From Octopus sinensis (lineage: Eukaryota), in the NCBI RefSeq assembly GCF_006345805.1, contig NC_042999.1, positions 119,226,001-119,290,000 on the forward strand: 64,000 nt of DNA, written 5' to 3'. Below, in pieces: positions 61,285 through 64,000 of this stretch. How positions within the stretch are numbered: the first letter of the stretch is position 1; each line of letters opens with the position of its first letter. The notes under the pieces are model-generated. The model had not been told where the DNA came from. It did not search any database and was given only the letters and a program-made list of their open reading frames with translations. The translations under genes and the position numbers were made by a program.

Positions 61285-61787
61285 CCAGTGCTATCATCAT
61301 CATCATCATTGTTTAATATGTCTGCCTTCTATGCTGACATAGGCTGGATAGTTTGACAGAAGCTAGCCAGACAGAAGACTGCACCAGACTTCTGAGTCTG
61401 ATTTGGCATGGTTTTTACTACTGGATGCCCTTCCTAACACCAACCACTCCACAAAATGGACTCGGGACTTTTTACATGGCACCAGCACAGGTGAGATCAG
61501 TTTTGGCATGGTTTTTATAGTTGGATGCTCTTTGATATATATCTGTATATGTTTATGCATATAAGTGTGTATGTGTATATGTGTGCATGTGTGTGTGTAT
61601 ATCATCATCATCGTTTAACGTTCGTTTTCCATGCTAGCATGAGTTGGACGGTTCAACCAGGGTCTGGGAAGCCAGGAGGCTGCACCAGGCTCCAGTCTGA
61701 TCTGGCAGTGTTTCTACAGCTGGATGCCCTTCCTAACGCCAACCACTCCGTGAGTGTAGTGAGTGCTTTTTACATGCCACCGGCACA
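61285..61787 (-). mobile_element. Two SINE family D copies (about 61285-61510 and 61598-61787)
   Basis: catcatcatcgtttaa...ctggatgcccttcctaac.ccaaccactcc in both. Confidence 0.88.
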
Positions 61788-61989
61788 TACACACACCACA
61801 TATAATTATTCATATATCATCACCATTTTCTCGCCAAAGATGTTTCCTACTTTTCTAAAACACTGAAGCCATTTGTTTTACAGCTGCACCAACAATTTTG
61901 ATTTCTCTCCCCACAAGGATTTGCCTTCATTGTTGTCATCTACTGTCCATTATAGGATGACATTGACTGTTCTGGTTCAGTAATCATCT

Positions 61990-62300
61990 CTGACAGGTTC
62001 ACGTGAGGGCTACAAGGTCTGATCTTGATCTGCAGAAGCAATAACATTTACTGCATGTGTAACTATTTGACACAATGGAGAAGTGATTCCTCTCATGTTC
62101 GCTTTTAAATTCTCTTGGTTGTTTCTCCTTGATGACTGAAATTACGAGCTTCAATGATCAGTAACATTCATTGTGCCACAGGGCTTTCTCCTCCCAGGTG
62201 TCTGGGGAAAAGTCAGATTTCTTCATATGTTTCTTCACATCACTGTGTTGCAAACTGTCTTTGAAAGCCTGCTGTCCTCCATCCTGCAAATACATCCCAC
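61990..62300 (-). mobile_element. RTE-clade LINE extreme C-terminal fragment
   Basis: GGQQAFKDSL...DTWEEKAL...YTCSKCYCFCRSRSDL resembles the GGQ.KR.KD / WE..A / C..C.R.C.SR.GL end of RTE-BovB-like ORFs. Confidence 0.55.
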
Positions 62301-62809
62301 CCATTGTAGCTGTGGTGAGGCAAAGTCAACCTTGGAGGAATTTTACCTCAGAATGTTAAGGTAGATGAAACACCACTAAGCATTATGCCTGGCAATCTAG
62401 CAATTCTGTCAGCTCATCACTTTGTTCCTGATATTAAACTAGATAGTGATATCTCTTGACTGGAAATCAGAGATTTTATCAAAGTGACAGTATTAGAGGA
62501 TCTTCCTTTTGAAAAACTTCCTCAAGTTTGAATGTCTAAGACCTACCATTTCAAATCTGCAGCTATTAGATCAACAACTATCATAGACTGGTTACACCTC
62601 TGGTCCTCAATTTTTCTGCCTAGTTAATACATTGCAGACAAAGCTTGACTATCCACCAAACATTTGCGGTTCAGCTTCACATAAACATTATGAGTGCGAA
62701 ATTCCAATTAACAAAAGGAATAGCACATTAACTAATTCCCAATAAATATAAACACTGCATTTTGTATTTAATACCATTCTCCTGTTTTCCTAAATATAAC
62801 TTTACATCT

Positions 62810-63240
62810 ATTTATCTATCTATCTATCTGTCTGTCTGTCTGTGTGTTTGTTTCTTTGCCTGTCCATCCGTCCATCTGTTTGCTGTCTATCTGTCAGTTT
62901 GTCTGTCTGTATGTACGTATGTCTGTCTGTCCATCCTTCCATCCATCCATCTACTTATATATCTCTCTATTTTTCTCTCTCTCTCGCTCTCTTTCTCTCT
63001 GTCTATATATACACACAAATTCACATAGATACATACACATACATACATGCACACATACATACTTACATGCACACATACATACATACACACTCACACACAC
63101 ATACATACATGCATGCATACATACATACGTTCATACATACATGCATACATACATACATACATACATACATACACACATACACGCATACACACACATACAC
63201 ACACACATGCATGCATACATACATACATACATATATCCGT
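62810..63240. repeat. Compound (TCTA)/(TCTG)/(CATA)n microsatellite
   Basis: Tetranucleotide arrays; source of His/Thr/Tyr/Ile-rich ORFs. Confidence 0.95.
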
Positions 63241-64000
63241 GTATGTTTACACATCTATAGGTAGCCAAATTTTATTTTTTAATATAAATTAATATTTGAT
63301 ATTATATGCATCCATTGCAAATATTCTTCATTTTGTAAATCAAATTATGTAGGAAGCCTTTCATAATTAATGACTGGCATCACAGCATTGTATTAATTAA
63401 TTTAGGCAGCAGAATTGACAGGGGATTTAAGCTAATGGATAATATAATGAAAACAGTAAATATGTATTTGGAAAAAGGACAAACTTGCAAAGGATGTAAT
63501 ATCACTTGTGGTTCTACTACCATTTGCAAATAATCATGTGCTATTTAGTATTTAAAAAAAAAAAACTATATAGCATTATTTTATTGTGTCTGAGGAGAGT
63601 CATTCTCTTTTAGTACCTTATTAATTTAAAATACTCACCGGTGTGTTAAATTTCCTCTCATTTACTTATTATTTTTTACTAAAATTTTCGTTGCGACTTG
63701 CAACCTTTACAATAGTCATTGATTCTGTCCATTGAGAATGTCTTCAACTGTTTTGTCTGTTAGGAAATGTCACAATCAAGAATAAATTAGTTGTCTTACC
63801 AGTTTTTTGAGCAATGTATGAAAAGCTAAAAAGAGTTGTTTATCCGAGGAAAAAGCGGTCAACTGCTGTTCAAGTGTGAATTATTTCACTCACAGAAACC
63901 CACCTCATATTTTCATTTCTTCATCTTTGCCTTCGGAATCTTTGTCATCACCATCATTCTCATCAGTGTCATCATCATCATCAAAGTCATCATTTTTGTC

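Overview
AT-rich, repeat-saturated eukaryotic DNA. The SINE families and microsatellite load point to a coleoid cephalopod, probably Octopus (inference from recall, not a database match). I find no supportable host protein-coding exon, rRNA, tRNA gene or CRISPR array; almost all ORF-track entries are translations of microsatellites or decayed transposons. The window holds two decayed Ty3/Gypsy elements, a solo LTR, three mariner remnants, fragments of R4/Dong, RTE, L1/Tx1-like and CR1/Jockey-group LINEs, at least four SINE families, a hAT MITE and several fold-back elements. Two patterns stand out. (1) All three recognisable 3'/solo LTRs carry a related L1/Tx1-like LINE piece inserted in sense orientation about 22-34 nt downstream of the LTR TATA box, suggesting a LINE that targets LTR transcription start sites and may borrow the LTR promoter. 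(2) Seven type-I hammerhead ribozyme motifs (two with intact cores, five with core substitutions) sit in short elements mostly embedded in TA/CA microsatellites, resembling Penelope-derived elements, and all seven are on the minus strand. All alignments and folds were done by eye; coordinates of decayed elements are approximate.
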